From assembly GCA_965223905.1 (NCBI GenBank), contig CBDCXV010000010.1, positions 352,001 through 416,000 on the forward strand: a stretch of DNA of 64,000 nt. Reading direction: 5' to 3'. The stretch's first letter is position 1, and every line of letters starts with the position of its first letter. A program made the translations under genes and the position numbers. Positions 20,925 to 31,729 of the stretch are shown piece after piece. A model generated the notes under the pieces. It had not been told where the DNA came from and did not search any database. It worked only from the letters and a program-made list of their open reading frames with translations. This DNA comes from Candidatus Latescibacterota bacterium. GTDB lineage: Bacteria; Latescibacterota; UBA2968; UBA8231.

Positions 20925-21746
20925 GTGCAGATCAAATTCACTTTAAAGTTCACGGGTGCGGTATGGAGTGCAATTTTACTCCTACCAGTTGCGTGCACCA
21001 ACTCGAACGCTCCTGGCTCTCCGGTTTCCGACGGCAATGACGCTGATGAAAACCTCTCTCGGGTGTCCATTGAGAACCATGAAGTTGTGTTCAGCCTCGA
21101 CCGGGAGGATCTCACCATCGGGTCTGCGGTTTTTAGTGTGATTTGTTTTCAGAAAGCTCAAAATCGCGCGAATGAACAGACATTTACAGATTGCGATATC
21201 TTCAGAGTTAACGGTGTAGATCAACCAAGATTGTCTCACCCTATGCAACCAATCGACTTGAATACATTTCTGCTTACCGCTAAAGACATTGAATTCTCCT
21301 TGGACGGTGAAGCCTATCTCTGCTTGACAGTCAAACCCTGGTTTAATGAGATACCAAATGAGTCTGATTGGCATTACTATGCTGAGGGCAACGACCGCTA
21401 TTCCATGCTTTCATATTGTAGCGTGGATGAGATTCCAGATTGGGGCCGGGACAATGTCCGGGTCACGCAAAATCGGGTTCAATCCCTGGAGGAGTTCAAG
21501 CGAAGACTCTCGGCGCCAATTGAAATCTACACATCTGATAGAGCGCTACCGCCAAGGTTTGGGTCAACAGAATTCAAAGGAGGAGATTTGCGCAATGATG
21601 AGCTCAGGCAATGCGGGCACGCGATCCCCATGCCAGCGGGTAGAATTCCAGAGAATCCATCATCAGAGCCAATCAGAATTCCGGTTGGTATCTACGCGGG
21701 ATGGCTTTTTGATGACAATACAACCTACCAGTGCCTGGAGGAGTAG
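20925..21746 (+). CDS. Hypothetical lipoprotein (lower GC)
   Basis: 273-aa ORF, GGAGG RBS, lipobox-like LLLPVA-C. Confidence 0.65.
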   Translation: MQIKFTLKFTGAVWSAILLLPVACTNSNAPGSPVSDGNDADENLSRVSIENHEVVFSLDREDLTIGSAVFSVICFQKAQNRANEQTFTDCDIFRVNGVDQPRLSHPMQPIDLNTFLLTAKDIEFSLDGEAYLCLTVKPWFNEIPNESDWHYYAEGNDRYSMLSYCSVDEIPDWGRDNVRVTQNRVQSLEEFKRRLSAPIEIYTSDRALPPRFGSTEFKGGDLRNDELRQCGHAIPMPAGRIPENPSSEPIRIPVGIYAGWLFDDNTTYQCLEE

Positions 21747-22213
21747 GGGACCGGGAGTGCTTGATCGACGGGTGAGCGCGTACTCAAATGGCTGCGAGAC
21801 TTCTCAGAATATACGTAAGTTCCACTTTCGCTACCACCCAGGTCCCGCTGCGGCGACTTCGCCGCCTTGGCCTCCGGAAACCTGGCTGCGCCAGGTTCCC
21901 AAACCGTGAGACGTTATGCGGAATTTTCAGGATAGAGACGAGGTGCATTGGAGTTGAGCCTAATTGACAAACTGCCAAGCCCCGAATGGGTCAGGAAGGA
22001 ATATGGGATTCTCTGGGATGGACAGTACTGCGACATGACCGGCAGTATCGCCCATGTTGTCAGGATCGAGCCAAAGAATGTTGGGGGATCCTATGTGGTT
22101 CGAATCTCCGATCCCAAGCGGATCTGCAGCGGCGGCTGTCGCTAGTTCACCGGTTCCAGACTCACCTGACCACTAGAGGTGTGCGGACCGTTCTGCCGCT
22201 GAAGGCCCTTAAA

Positions 22214-22800
22214 GTATAGGTAAAATGAGGCACCTTTTTTGGACTCTCGGTCAAGGCGGACAGCGCACCGCCAGGGTCAGGCAGCTCCCGGAGGATCGTT
22301 TGCCAGTCCTTCGACCGAGCTCGCAGTACAGTTTGGTTGCCTGTCGGCCCGTATCCGGATCAATTCGGGGCCTGAGGGACCGTTGAGGGCACACCCCGCC
22401 GTACGCCCGGCGACGGCCACGGGTCGAGAAGGCAGGTCAGGCGGCGAACTCGAACAGCGGCTCAGGCGGGGCCCTCGGCGGGGGCATCGCCGGCAGCCCT
22501 ACCCCCTCCAGACAGGTCCGGATCGAAGCCGGATCGGTCCGGGCGGCGAGGATTCTCAGGCGACCGCCACAGGCCGCACATTCGCTGAGGTCGGAGGAAA
22601 ACACCCGCGCCAGCAGGGTCGCCCACCGCAGCCGATGGCCGCAGGACGCAGGGCTCGCCGAGCCGTCCGCCGCCGACGGCTCGGCAACCGGCTTGGCCGG
22701 CACGATGCGCTCGCGGGCCCGGGGCCGGGGCGCCAGGACCCCGTGGTAGCGCAGGAGATGAAACCGGGGCGGGGGAACCAGAGCCGCCCGCTTCTCCAGC
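22214..22800 (-). mobile_element. IS91/ISCR-type element piece 5 (ori plus transposase 3' end)
   Basis: Same ori end; collinear with 6781-7369. Confidence 0.92.
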
Positions 22801-23192
22801 GTCTCGATGCGGATGTACGCCATCCCCTCCCCCTTCAGATGCTCGATGGCCGTCTCCACCAGTTTCAGCCCGATCCCCTTTCTCTGATGCCGCGGTAGCA
22901 CAGCGTAGTTTGGAATCCCGCCTATTTTGGCTTCTTCGTCTACGCGGGTAGTGATGTAGCCCACCACCTCGCCGTCGACCTCAGCGACGAACATTCCGTC
23001 AGCATGCGCATCCACGTCCGCGTCGATATGCCGCTTCTTGCGCCAGCGCCAGCCGTGACCGGCGATCGGGCCGAACTCCTTCTCGATGTTCTGATCGATG
23101 GAGACACCGTCGAAGCAGATGGCGGTGATTTCTTTGACGATGTCGAGATCGGCGTCGGTGCACTTCCTGTCGGTGCACTTCCTTATGTTCAT
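22437..23192 (-). CDS. GNAT::transposase C-terminus fusion (copy 2)
   Basis: Identical translation to 19289-20044. Confidence 0.85.
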   Translation of the reverse strand: MNIRKCTDRKCTDADLDIVKEITAICFDGVSIDQNIEKEFGPIAGHGWRWRKKRHIDADVDAHADGMFVAEVDGEVVGYITTRVDEEAKIGGIPNYAVLPRHQRKGIGLKLVETAIEHLKGEGMAYIRIETLEKRAALVPPPRFHLLRYHGVLAPRPRARERIVPAKPVAEPSAADGSASPASCGHRLRWATLLARVFSSDLSECAACGGRLRILAARTDPASIRTCLEGVGLPAMPPPRAPPEPLFEFAA

Positions 23193-23210
23193 GTCGTTTT
23201 CCGCTCGCGC

Positions 23211-23630
23211 CTACTGCCTCTGCACCAGTTCGATCAGCAACCCGTCCGGATCCCTCGCGCATACGACGCCGCCGTTTTCGTACATGAACGGGTCCGACAC
23301 GAATTCCACACCTCGTCCCTGCAGTTGCGCCACCGTATCTTTCAGATCGGCCACGAAGAAAGTGATCCAGCGAACGCCGGCAGAGAAATCCCCGGAGCCC
23401 GAGGCCGGCGGCGACTCGATCTGCATCAGCTTGAGCAGGGTGTCACCCGCTTGGAGCCGCACCTGGCGGAAACCGCTGGGCGCCAGCCCCACCTGTGTGG
23501 CCAGTTCCGCGGAGATCTCCAGCTCCACGGCGATCTCGAATCCAAGCTGATCGCGATAAAACTCCAGCGATTTGTCGAAGTCGCTGCAGACGATGGCGAT
23601 GTCGACGACGGTGTGAGTTTGTTTGATCAT
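23211..23630 (-). CDS. VOC/glyoxalase family protein
   Basis: SLEFYRDQLGF and RDPDGLLIELV motifs. Confidence 0.9.
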   Translation of the reverse strand: MIKQTHTVVDIAIVCSDFDKSLEFYRDQLGFEIAVELEISAELATQVGLAPSGFRQVRLQAGDTLLKLMQIESPPASGSGDFSAGVRWITFFVADLKDTVAQLQGRGVEFVSDPFMYENGGVVCARDPDGLLIELVQRQ

Positions 23631-23685
23631 GTTCGCCTACCTCCTCTTTGGTCGAACGAGCCCCGAGGCGCTGGCGCAGCCCGGC

Positions 23686-24675
23686 TCATCGCATCCGGGA
23701 GTCGGACATCCACATGTCAGGGTTCCGGCCGATGGCGTCTTTGACAGGTTGTGTCAGGCGCTCTAACTCGGCCATCGTAGCTGCGTCGAGCTCCAACGAA
23801 AGCGTCGGCAGGTTGGTCTCCAGTTCGTCCGCATCCCGGGCGCCGACCAGGAAGGATGTCACTCCCCTCTGCTGTCTCACCCAGGCGAGTGCCACGCTCG
23901 CCATCGGGGCGCCAACCTGGCGGCTCAACTCGCGAATGCCGGAGATGGCGCTGAAAACAGCTGCCTCGCATCCCGGCTCGCCGTGTCCGGCCTGCGCGCG
24001 GGAGCTCGCATACCATCGCGTCCGGGCCAGCCCCTCCGGAACCTCGTCAGCCGTCGCATACCTTCCCGTCAGCAGCCCCTGCGCCAGCGGACTGTAGCAT
24101 ATCAACCCGATCGCGCTCTCGCGGCAGAGCGGCAGGATTTCAAACTCGATTGCCCGCCACAGAAGGCTGAAGGGCAGCTGGTTCGTCTCCGGCCGGCCAA
24201 CCTCGATCAGATCGGACAGGTCGCCGACGGCGAAGTTCGCGACACCGAGCGCGCGCACCTTGCCCTCCCTCACCAGATCCTCGAGCGCGCGCCAGGACGT
24301 GTCGATCGGGATGTCGTGATTTGGCCAGTGGATCTGGTACAGGTCGATGTAGTCCGTATTCAGATTTTTGAGGCTCTCCTCGCAGGCGGACGCGATCCCT
24401 TCCGCAGTCAGGTGGTTCGGGGCTACCTTGGTTGCGATCACCGCCTGCTGGCGCCTCCCTTCCAGACCACGTGCGAGAACACGCTCGGACTCACCCTTCT
24501 CGTATGCCTCTGCCGTGTCGAAGAGGTTGATGCCCGCGTCCAGTGCGGCGCGCACCGTCGCAATCGATTGATCGTCGTCCTGATCGCCCCAGATCGAGCC
24601 GCCCGCGAAGGGCCAGCAACCCAGACCCATCACCGAGACTTCGATACCCAAATTGCCCAGCCTCCGGTATTCCAC
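23686..24675 (-). CDS. Aldo/keto reductase
   Basis: GLGCW, FDTAEAY, DLYQIHWP and YSPLAQGLLTG motifs. Confidence 0.93.
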   Translation of the reverse strand: MEYRRLGNLGIEVSVMGLGCWPFAGGSIWGDQDDDQSIATVRAALDAGINLFDTAEAYEKGESERVLARGLEGRRQQAVIATKVAPNHLTAEGIASACEESLKNLNTDYIDLYQIHWPNHDIPIDTSWRALEDLVREGKVRALGVANFAVGDLSDLIEVGRPETNQLPFSLLWRAIEFEILPLCRESAIGLICYSPLAQGLLTGRYATADEVPEGLARTRWYASSRAQAGHGEPGCEAAVFSAISGIRELSRQVGAPMASVALAWVRQQRGVTSFLVGARDADELETNLPTLSLELDAATMAELERLTQPVKDAIGRNPDMWMSDSRMR

Positions 24676-24692
24676 TTCACTCCTTCATGTGA

Positions 24693-25265
24693 TCAAAGCT
24701 CGTTGAGGCCTGTCAGGCTGTCAGTCCTGAGTGCCACAGCCTGTGAAAACGCCCCGACCTCAGCAGAAGATCTAAGACGCACAAATCGTATGTGGTTCCA
24801 AGACGATTCAGTAGTATATGCCAGCATACTGCGACGCGTGCGCCGGTGCTGCGTGACAATCCACCATAGCAGCGAATCCTCCTTGCGCCAGACCATGAGC
24901 TGGGGCCAGAAACGCTCGTAGTTTGTCCCCCAAAGCGGCTCCTGCGACCGCCAGCGACGCCACGAATCGAATCAGCATTCGCCAGATGAGTGGAACCATG
25001 GGCAAATCCAGCCAGCGATCGTCTCCAGGCGTGGCCAGAAAATGCGTTGTGAAAATTGCATGTAGGAGCCGGCCACAACCCATCCATCACCACGGGTTGC
25101 TTCGCCTATTCTCCGTTCGAGTTCCTCGGGGTTTGTGTCGCTCAGAGCAACCCAGCCAGGTTGCCAATTGAGCGCGTCCAACTCCACCAAGGGGACGCCG
25201 AGGGCGGCCGACAGCTGCGCTCCCAAGGTGCTTTTTCCAGCGCAGCTATTCCCAACTATTACGGG
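24693..25265 (-). pseudogene. Adenylate kinase-like P-loop protein (FlaR/topology-modulation type), frameshifted and probably 5'-truncated
   Basis: GNSCAGKST...ELDALNWQPGW, then WLDLP, then SLLWWIVTQH in different frames. Confidence 0.7.
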
Positions 25266-25378
25266 GAGCGGTAAATAGGTGACATAGATGGCACCATTTC
25301 CCCTTCGAGAGTGTTGTAAACTTTCAATTACTCCCCGTAGTATGTGAATCCTGTGGCCGGTCCGTAAGCCAGTGTGCG

Positions 25379-25819
25379 TCACTCGAACTGCCGTTCGCTC
25401 TGGCGGACCGCCTTGCCTTTGCCTCGAATGATATCCCGGCGCTTCCAGGTCTGGACGGCGCGACAGATCCAGTCGCTCTCACCGAGGAGTCGCCGTAGCT
25501 GGTCTTTCGTGAACCACTCATGCCGATCGCGGGCCAGTTGGTCAGGAGGCAATGTTTCATCGGAGTAGCCGTACAGTCGGCAGACACCGTCTTTCGTTTC
25601 AACATCCTCGATGTAGGACATCCACGGGATGTCCAGTCCGAGCTGTGTCTTTGTATAGAGCCTTATCGCCGCATCGATATTCCCGAGCCGTGACTCCTCG
25701 CTGGCCAAGCCCCGCGACCGGGCAAGCGCCTCCTGCGAAACTGTGCCATCGTCGGCTGCGGATACAGTTGGGCAGTCAGCTGACCTGCTCTGCCAGTGTC
25801 GAGGCACCGCAGAAGTCAT
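25379..25819 (-). CDS. Hypothetical protein or fragment
   Basis: 146-aa ORF with no recognised motif. Confidence 0.35.
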   Translation of the reverse strand: MTSAVPRHWQSRSADCPTVSAADDGTVSQEALARSRGLASEESRLGNIDAAIRLYTKTQLGLDIPWMSYIEDVETKDGVCRLYGYSDETLPPDQLARDRHEWFTKDQLRRLLGESDWICRAVQTWKRRDIIRGKGKAVRQSERQFE

Positions 25820-25956
25820 TGCTGATTGCCACTGATTGTCACGCTTCCCGTGAACCCACTTGCCACCAATCTATCTGCGACAGCCTGAGCTGACGAATCG
25901 GTCAGCGCGTGCGCGAGCTCTCGGTCCCCAAACCGAATGCTACGCGACGGTCGTTC

Positions 25957-27924
25957 TTAGTACATCATGCTCAGTCCGTTACCCAGCATCCCGGTAAAGT
26001 AGTCGACGATCAGCCAGAATCCCCCGGCCACGAACTGACCCAGAATCAACCCGTAGAACACGGGGATGAGCGACTGATAGGCTTTGAGGCCGCCGTACTT
26101 CAAGAGGACCGTCTTGATCAACCAGGCCAGAAAGACCGGAAACCAGGCGGTGTCCATCACCCGGTCCATGCTGACCACGAATCCCAGAGGATGCAGCGGC
26201 CACCACAGGAATCGGCGCTGCATGAGCAGCAGACCCGTCATCACCCCGGCCCCGATCAGCCGAATGAGCCAACCCAGCCCGTTCGGTCCCGCGTTCTCCT
26301 CGACCCGGCTCGCCACGTACGCCCAGGTGAAGTCGGGGAGGTAACTGACGGAACGCGCTACGTTGATGCCTCCCTCGCGATAGGCTACCGACAGCGACAT
26401 CCAGAAGGTGCTGACAGCGGAGACCAAAATGGCAATTGCCAGCGCCAGCAGCAGCCAGCGCTTGCGAGAGGCGATCTCGCCGGTCAGCTTCAACCCGGTG
26501 GCAGTGTGCGCCATCATCGTGCTCGCCAGGGACTCCGTCCATATCACCGTGGGGCCCAGCGCCGCCATCCCCGCAGGCCCTATGTAGCGCACCCCGATCC
26601 CCGAGACCACGAAGTCCAAGGGGATGTTGCGGGGAAACACCATGGGCAGTCCCGCCTCGGCGATGATGCGCGTCAGGCTGACGAAGGTTACCAGCGCCCC
26701 GAACAGAAACAGCAGACCCGCCCACAGGGGCAAACCCGCCCGCCACAGCCACACGCTCATTCCGATCACCCCGAGAATCACCCCCCATACGGCGGTGCGG
26801 TAGGACATGATTTCATCGGAATCGTCCACGGACGCGTCGCCTCTGAACGCCTTGCGGAACACCTCCCGCAGGTGCCCCCGGGCCATCCACAGCCCGAAGA
26901 GGACGAGCGCTAACATCGCGCCGATGCTCTGATGAGCCAGCAAGCCCCTCACACCGCCGCCGCCGCCATAATTGGACAGCGCTTCTCCTATGCCGAGCCC
27001 CGTCATGTGCAGCACACCCTCCTCCAGGCGCCTCAGGGCATAGAACACCCACATCCCGAACATGACGTCCGCCTTGAGGAAATACGCGAACCCCAGAATC
27101 ATCAGATTCAGCGAAAAGCCTACATTCGCGAATCGCGGCAGCAGTGTGAGTGAGCCGAAGTGGGTCGGAACCACGGGAACGATGGGGAAGTAGTGGTGCA
27201 GGGCGTTGAGACTCTCGCGACCGAACGACAGCGACAAACCCACCCACATCAGACCGCTCTTGAAGAAAGGCGCCACCAGCGAACCGCCCGGTGGCGGCTG
27301 CACCATGGCCAGCGGCACTTTGGTGATGGGATAGATGAGATGTTCGTGCTCCACCCACTGGCGGCGAAGGATAACCATCGCGCAGATGCTCGCCATCCAC
27401 AACGCCACCATGAACAGCAACCACCACAACAGCGGCGACAACCACATGCCCCAGGGAATGGACTCGCCCTCCGGTATGCCCTCGAAAAACCACCGGATCC
27501 CCAGCTCATCCTGAGGGACCATCCACTTCGCCACGTAGGGATGAACACGCTCCGCCCAGTTGTTCTCCGGAGTCGCCAGGTAGGATACCCCGGCCGCGGA
27601 CCCCAACAGCATCATGCAGAAGCCGTTGCGCTCGCCACCCGAGAACGCCGTGGCTACGACCATCATGATGTAGATGGTCAGCAGCTCTCCCTTGCCCAGG
27701 ACCAGCCTCCGGTGAATGAGCCCCAACACCACCTGGACGACACCCACCCACAGAAAGAACAGGAAGAATGCGGCGGGACCATTCAACCCGCTCATGCGGG
27801 TGCCCATGATGACGAACGCACCGTAGGGCTCTCCCACGCCGATCGCCAGACTGAGTGCGGCGCCGATGACGAGCGAGCGCAGCGTCACCCCCGACGCCGA
27901 CCGGTCCTCTAGCCCCCCTGACAA
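25957..27924 (-). CDS. DUF6785/DUF6784-like polytopic membrane protein (putative peptide transporter)
   Basis: 655 aa, many TM helices; LRRQWVEHEHLIYP, WWPLHPLG and LKYGG motifs. Confidence 0.8.
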   Translation of the reverse strand: MSGGLEDRSASGVTLRSLVIGAALSLAIGVGEPYGAFVIMGTRMSGLNGPAAFFLFFLWVGVVQVVLGLIHRRLVLGKGELLTIYIMMVVATAFSGGERNGFCMMLLGSAAGVSYLATPENNWAERVHPYVAKWMVPQDELGIRWFFEGIPEGESIPWGMWLSPLLWWLLFMVALWMASICAMVILRRQWVEHEHLIYPITKVPLAMVQPPPGGSLVAPFFKSGLMWVGLSLSFGRESLNALHHYFPIVPVVPTHFGSLTLLPRFANVGFSLNLMILGFAYFLKADVMFGMWVFYALRRLEEGVLHMTGLGIGEALSNYGGGGGVRGLLAHQSIGAMLALVLFGLWMARGHLREVFRKAFRGDASVDDSDEIMSYRTAVWGVILGVIGMSVWLWRAGLPLWAGLLFLFGALVTFVSLTRIIAEAGLPMVFPRNIPLDFVVSGIGVRYIGPAGMAALGPTVIWTESLASTMMAHTATGLKLTGEIASRKRWLLLALAIAILVSAVSTFWMSLSVAYREGGINVARSVSYLPDFTWAYVASRVEENAGPNGLGWLIRLIGAGVMTGLLLMQRRFLWWPLHPLGFVVSMDRVMDTAWFPVFLAWLIKTVLLKYGGLKAYQSLIPVFYGLILGQFVAGGFWLIVDYFTGMLGNGLSMMY

Positions 27925-28108
27925 ACCCAGTAGTCCCTCTCTCGAGTGTCGCCAGGAAACCTCGACGACCTACTCAATTCCAATGGTCACAAGATGAAAC
28001 GGTAGCGGAGGAATGGAAAGAAAAGATGGATATGGAGATGCGGATGGGGATGGAGAAATGGAGATGGGCACCAGTGGAGACGTGGGAGGAGTACTACTCG
28101 ATCTCCAA

Positions 28109-28698
28109 GTATAGGTGAAATGAGGCACCCTTTTGGACTCTCGGTCAAGGCGGACAGCGCACCGCAAGGGTCCGGCAACTCCCCTGAGTGTGGATCGTTT
28201 GCCAGTCCTTCGACCGAGCTCGCAGTACAGTTTGGTTGCCTGTCGGCCCGTATCCGCATCAATCCGGGGCCTGAGGGACCGTTGAGGGCACCCCCCGCCG
28301 TACGCCCGGCGACGGCGACGGGTCGAGAAGGCAGGGCCGGCGGCGAACTCGAACAGCGGCTCAGGCGGGGCCCTCGGCGGGGGCATCGCCGGCAGCCCTA
28401 CCCCCTCCAGACAGGTCCGGATCGAGGCCGGATCGGTCCGGGCGGCGATGATTCTCAGGCGACCGCCACAGGCCGCGCATTCGCTGAGGTCGGAGGAAAA
28501 CACCCGCGCCAGCAGGGTCGCCCAGCGCAGCCGATGGCCGCAGGACGCAGCGCTCGCCGAGCCGTCCGCCGCCGCCGACGGCTCGGCAACCGGCTTGGCC
28601 GGCACGATGCGCTCGCGGGCCCGGGCCCGGGGCGCCAGGACCCCGTGGTAGCGCAGGAGATGAAACCGGGGCGGGGGAACCAGAGCCGCCAGCTTCTC
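28109..28698 (-). mobile_element. IS91/ISCR-type element piece 6 (ori plus transposase 3' end)
   Basis: Starts GTATAGGTGAAATGAGGCACC; collinear with 6781-7365. Confidence 0.92.
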
Positions 28699-28816
28699 GC
28701 TAAGGGAGAAACTGGTTGCTCGGCATGAGTAACCATACGGCGTATAACATTCCGTGCGAGGTAGGTGCGAATCGTCCGATGATACGCATCTATGGACCGT
28801 CTACCGCGAGGAACTC

Positions 28817-29884
28817 ATGAATCCGACGAAAGTCGCCGTGATCGGGTGCGGCCAGATCGCAACCTCACAACATCTGCCGGCCTACCGGGAGGCAGCAGAG
28901 GCCGGGGTCTGCTGCCTCGTGGGCGTATGCGATCTGGACCCCGAACGGGTGGCGCAGGCCGGAAAGCAGTTTGCAGTCGCCGGATTTCAGGACGCGGCAG
29001 AGATGCTCGAAAAGACCAAGCCCGATGTCGTGAGCATCGCCACGCTGCCCTCGAGTCATCGCAACCTCGCGGTGATGTGCCTGGAGGCGGGATGTCACGT
29101 CCTGTGCGAGAAGCCCGTGGCGCTGGATGCGGGCGAGGCCCGGGACATGGTCCGCGCCGCCGAAGCGAACAATCGACTGCTGAGCATCTGCTTCGAATAC
29201 CGAACCTGGGACGAATCCCGGTACCTGAGAGACCGCATCGCAGACGGCGTCCTCGGTCGCGTACACGCCGTTCGAACGTGGGGCGGGTGTGCCTACGGAC
29301 TGCCGGCGAGAGCGCACCGGTCGCATGGCTCGAACGGCGGCGGCGTTCTCGCGCACTGGACGATCCACAACCTCGACCTCGTGCTCTGGCTGCTTGGCAA
29401 CCCCGAACCGCTGACCGCCAGCGCATTCTGCCATCAGCGGGTCTCCGCTTACCCGGCGGCGGCTGGATCCATGCGAGACGACATCGATCCGGCGTCGCTC
29501 GATCCAGATTTCGAGGACTTCGGCACCGGCTTCGTCCGGCTGTCCGGCAACACCATCCTGACGGTGGAAGCGGATTTCCTTCAGGCGCCCTCTGACCGAC
29601 GCGAAGGCTTGGCCTTTCTCGGAGACCGGGGTGCCGCGTCCATCTCACCACTCAGAATCTGGACCGACGACGGACGATCGTGGCGCGAGGAGACCCCCGC
29701 CAAGGGCACGTTGAAGCCTTGCGACTACGATATGAGGAGACTGATCAACGATTTTCTGCGCGCCGTCCGCGAGGGTGAGGCGTCCCCCGTTGCGGGCGAG
29801 GAAATCGTGCGAATTCAGCGGCTCATGGACGCGCTCTATGCCTCGGCAGCGTCCGGGCAAGAGGTCGCTGTGGCAGGAGCCTGA
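28817..29884 (+). CDS. Gfo/Idh/MocA oxidoreductase
   Basis: VAVIGCGQIA and VLCEKP motifs. Confidence 0.9.
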   Translation: MNPTKVAVIGCGQIATSQHLPAYREAAEAGVCCLVGVCDLDPERVAQAGKQFAVAGFQDAAEMLEKTKPDVVSIATLPSSHRNLAVMCLEAGCHVLCEKPVALDAGEARDMVRAAEANNRLLSICFEYRTWDESRYLRDRIADGVLGRVHAVRTWGGCAYGLPARAHRSHGSNGGGVLAHWTIHNLDLVLWLLGNPEPLTASAFCHQRVSAYPAAAGSMRDDIDPASLDPDFEDFGTGFVRLSGNTILTVEADFLQAPSDRREGLAFLGDRGAASISPLRIWTDDGRSWREETPAKGTLKPCDYDMRRLINDFLRAVREGEASPVAGEEIVRIQRLMDALYASAASGQEVAVAGA

Positions 29885-29889
29885 GCGCT

Positions 29890-30496
29890 ATGGGACTTGT
29901 GTACATCGAGTACATCAGCCGTCTGCCGGGCATCGATCTGGAGACGTTTCGCGCGCAGGCTGCACAAGGCCAGGAGGGATGGGACAGCGGGTATGAGGAC
30001 GAGTTGGTTCTGTCCGTCGGTCGCACGTGGCGATTGGGTCCCGACCCGGGCTACATGACGGTCTGGCACGCGCGGAACGCCAGCCTTGACCGGATCGACG
30101 CGTGGGACCGGATCTTTCGCAGCGGCGAGGCGGACGACCTGGAACAGCCGTTCTTTCAGGTCGCGCGGATCGACGTGGCCGGCTGCTACGATCCGCTGCT
30201 CGAACCGGTCCCGGCCCGCAACGGTACCTACTACGCCGAGTTTTTCGCTGCCCGCGACACCGCGGATACCATCAGGGGCTTCTACGAGAGCCGGGCAAAA
30301 CAGCATCCTGAGTTCACCCTCAATCTCCTCGTCCAGAGAATCGGGAAGCTGGCTCCCGAACCCGGCGGCCTAGCCGTCTGGACCATCCCCCTTCGCAGCG
30401 CTGGATTCCGTGGCAACCGAGCTGGACGGAGCCAACGCCCCGATCAGGCTTTCCGCCGCAGGGACCTATGCCGACTTCGGCAGGGAGATCCTGTGA
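29890..30496 (+). CDS. Hypothetical protein, probable frameshift near 30390
   Basis: Coding-like ORF whose plausible C-terminus (GTYADFGREIL*) is in another frame. Confidence 0.55.
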
Positions 30497-30584
30497 GAGG
30501 CGGGCGGTGGCAAACCTTCGGATAAGTTCCGCGGTATCGTCACGAGCGAAGAATTTGTCTGGCTACTTCCACGCAACCTTCCTG

Positions 30585-30903
30585 CCGGGGCGGGGGAACC
30601 AGAGCCGCCCGCTTCTCCAGCAGTTCCATCGGAGACAGCAGGAGAGGGCGGGTCCCATCCGACCACGGCGTTTTGAGCGCGAAGGAAAAATGGTCGGCAT
30701 CGAGAATGCGCAGACGCCCCCCCGCCAGGGCCGGCCGGGCCACGTAGCGGCACAAGCGTTCGAGCCCCCGTCGAGCATGAGCAGTGCATGTGGGGATTGA
30801 GGTTCAGGGAGGAGCCGAACCGCTGGACGAAGGTCACCGAGCCCCAGCGCGCGCGGTCATGGCCCATGGCCTGCGCCTGACGTCGATACCAACGGCCCAC
30901 CAC
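30585..30903 (-). mobile_element. Piece 7: internal transposase fragment without ori, with ~350-bp internal deletion
   Basis: Joins 7332-7515 to ~7867-8004 at a C-run. Confidence 0.9.
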
Positions 30904-31032
30904 ACCTCGAGTTCATTCAGGGCGTGATCGCCCCCCTCGCCGGTAACTCCTTCCACCTGAAGAGCTGGGCCGTCCTCCTGGTTTCGGCGCTGCTGGTCTT
31001 CCTGACTTGGAAAGGGAGGGTCGAGTTGGCCC
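30903..31032 (+). pseudogene. N-terminal fragment of a small membrane protein
   Basis: HLEFIQGVIAPLAGNSFHLKSWAVLLVSAL, between two transposase pieces. Confidence 0.55.
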
Positions 31033-31212
31033 CCGCAGCCGATGGCCGCAGGACGCAGCGCTCGCAGCGCAGTCCGCCGCCGACGGCTCGGCAACCGGCT
31101 GGGCCGGCACGATGCGCTCGCGGGCCCGGGCCCGGGGCGCCAGGACCCCGTGGTAGCGCAGGAGATGAAACCGGGGCGGGGGGACCAGAGCCGCCCGCTT
31201 CTCCAGCAGTTC
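31033..31212 (-). mobile_element. Piece 8: internal transposase fragment
   Basis: Collinear with ~7195-7374. Confidence 0.9.
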
Positions 31213-31480
31213 GCGGCGGCTGGCGGGGAGCGGCGCGATGATTGCGGGCGGGCTACGCCGCGCAGAAGAAAGTGTATTTGAAGCAGACCGAGGCGGCGGG
31301 CCTGGAGCGCATGCACGGGCTGCGCCACGGCTACTCTCTCGATGCGCTAACGGGAACCTGACGCATGGAAGGCGCCAGTGCGGAGAGTCCCCCGACACCC
31401 GCGGCGGCCGGAACGGCCGAACGAAGACGGCCCCGAATGGGTCGAGGCCCAAGGCCAGGGCCAGCGGGTCGGACCCGTGC
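31213..31480 (+). pseudogene. Degenerate tyrosine recombinase (Integrase_1-like) fragment
   Basis: QTEAAGLERMHGLRHGY (HxLRH) followed by frameshifted LT.WKAP. Confidence 0.55.
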
Positions 31481-31519
31481 TCGAACCTCGGTAATGTGTA
31501 TATTTATACACAATAAGGA

Positions 31520-31717
31520 ATGGTTGTGGAACGCAACAGCGGCAGGCTCATCCGGATGCTCCAACAGGACGGCTGGGTGCATGTCGCCACCAAGGGCAGC
31601 CACTGGCAGTTCACGCATCCCGCCAAGCCGGGGCGCGTCACCGTGCCGCACCCGAACAAGGACATCCCGCGCGGAACGGTGGCGTCGATCTACCGGCAGG
31701 CAGGCTGGAAGGCGTAA
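31520..31717 (+). CDS. hicA: HicA-family toxin
   Basis: DGW...KGSHWQFTHPAKPGRVTVPHPNKDIPRGT. Confidence 0.93.
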   Translation: MVVERNSGRLIRMLQQDGWVHVATKGSHWQFTHPAKPGRVTVPHPNKDIPRGTVASIYRQAGWKA

Positions 31718-31729
31718 GGAGGACGACTG

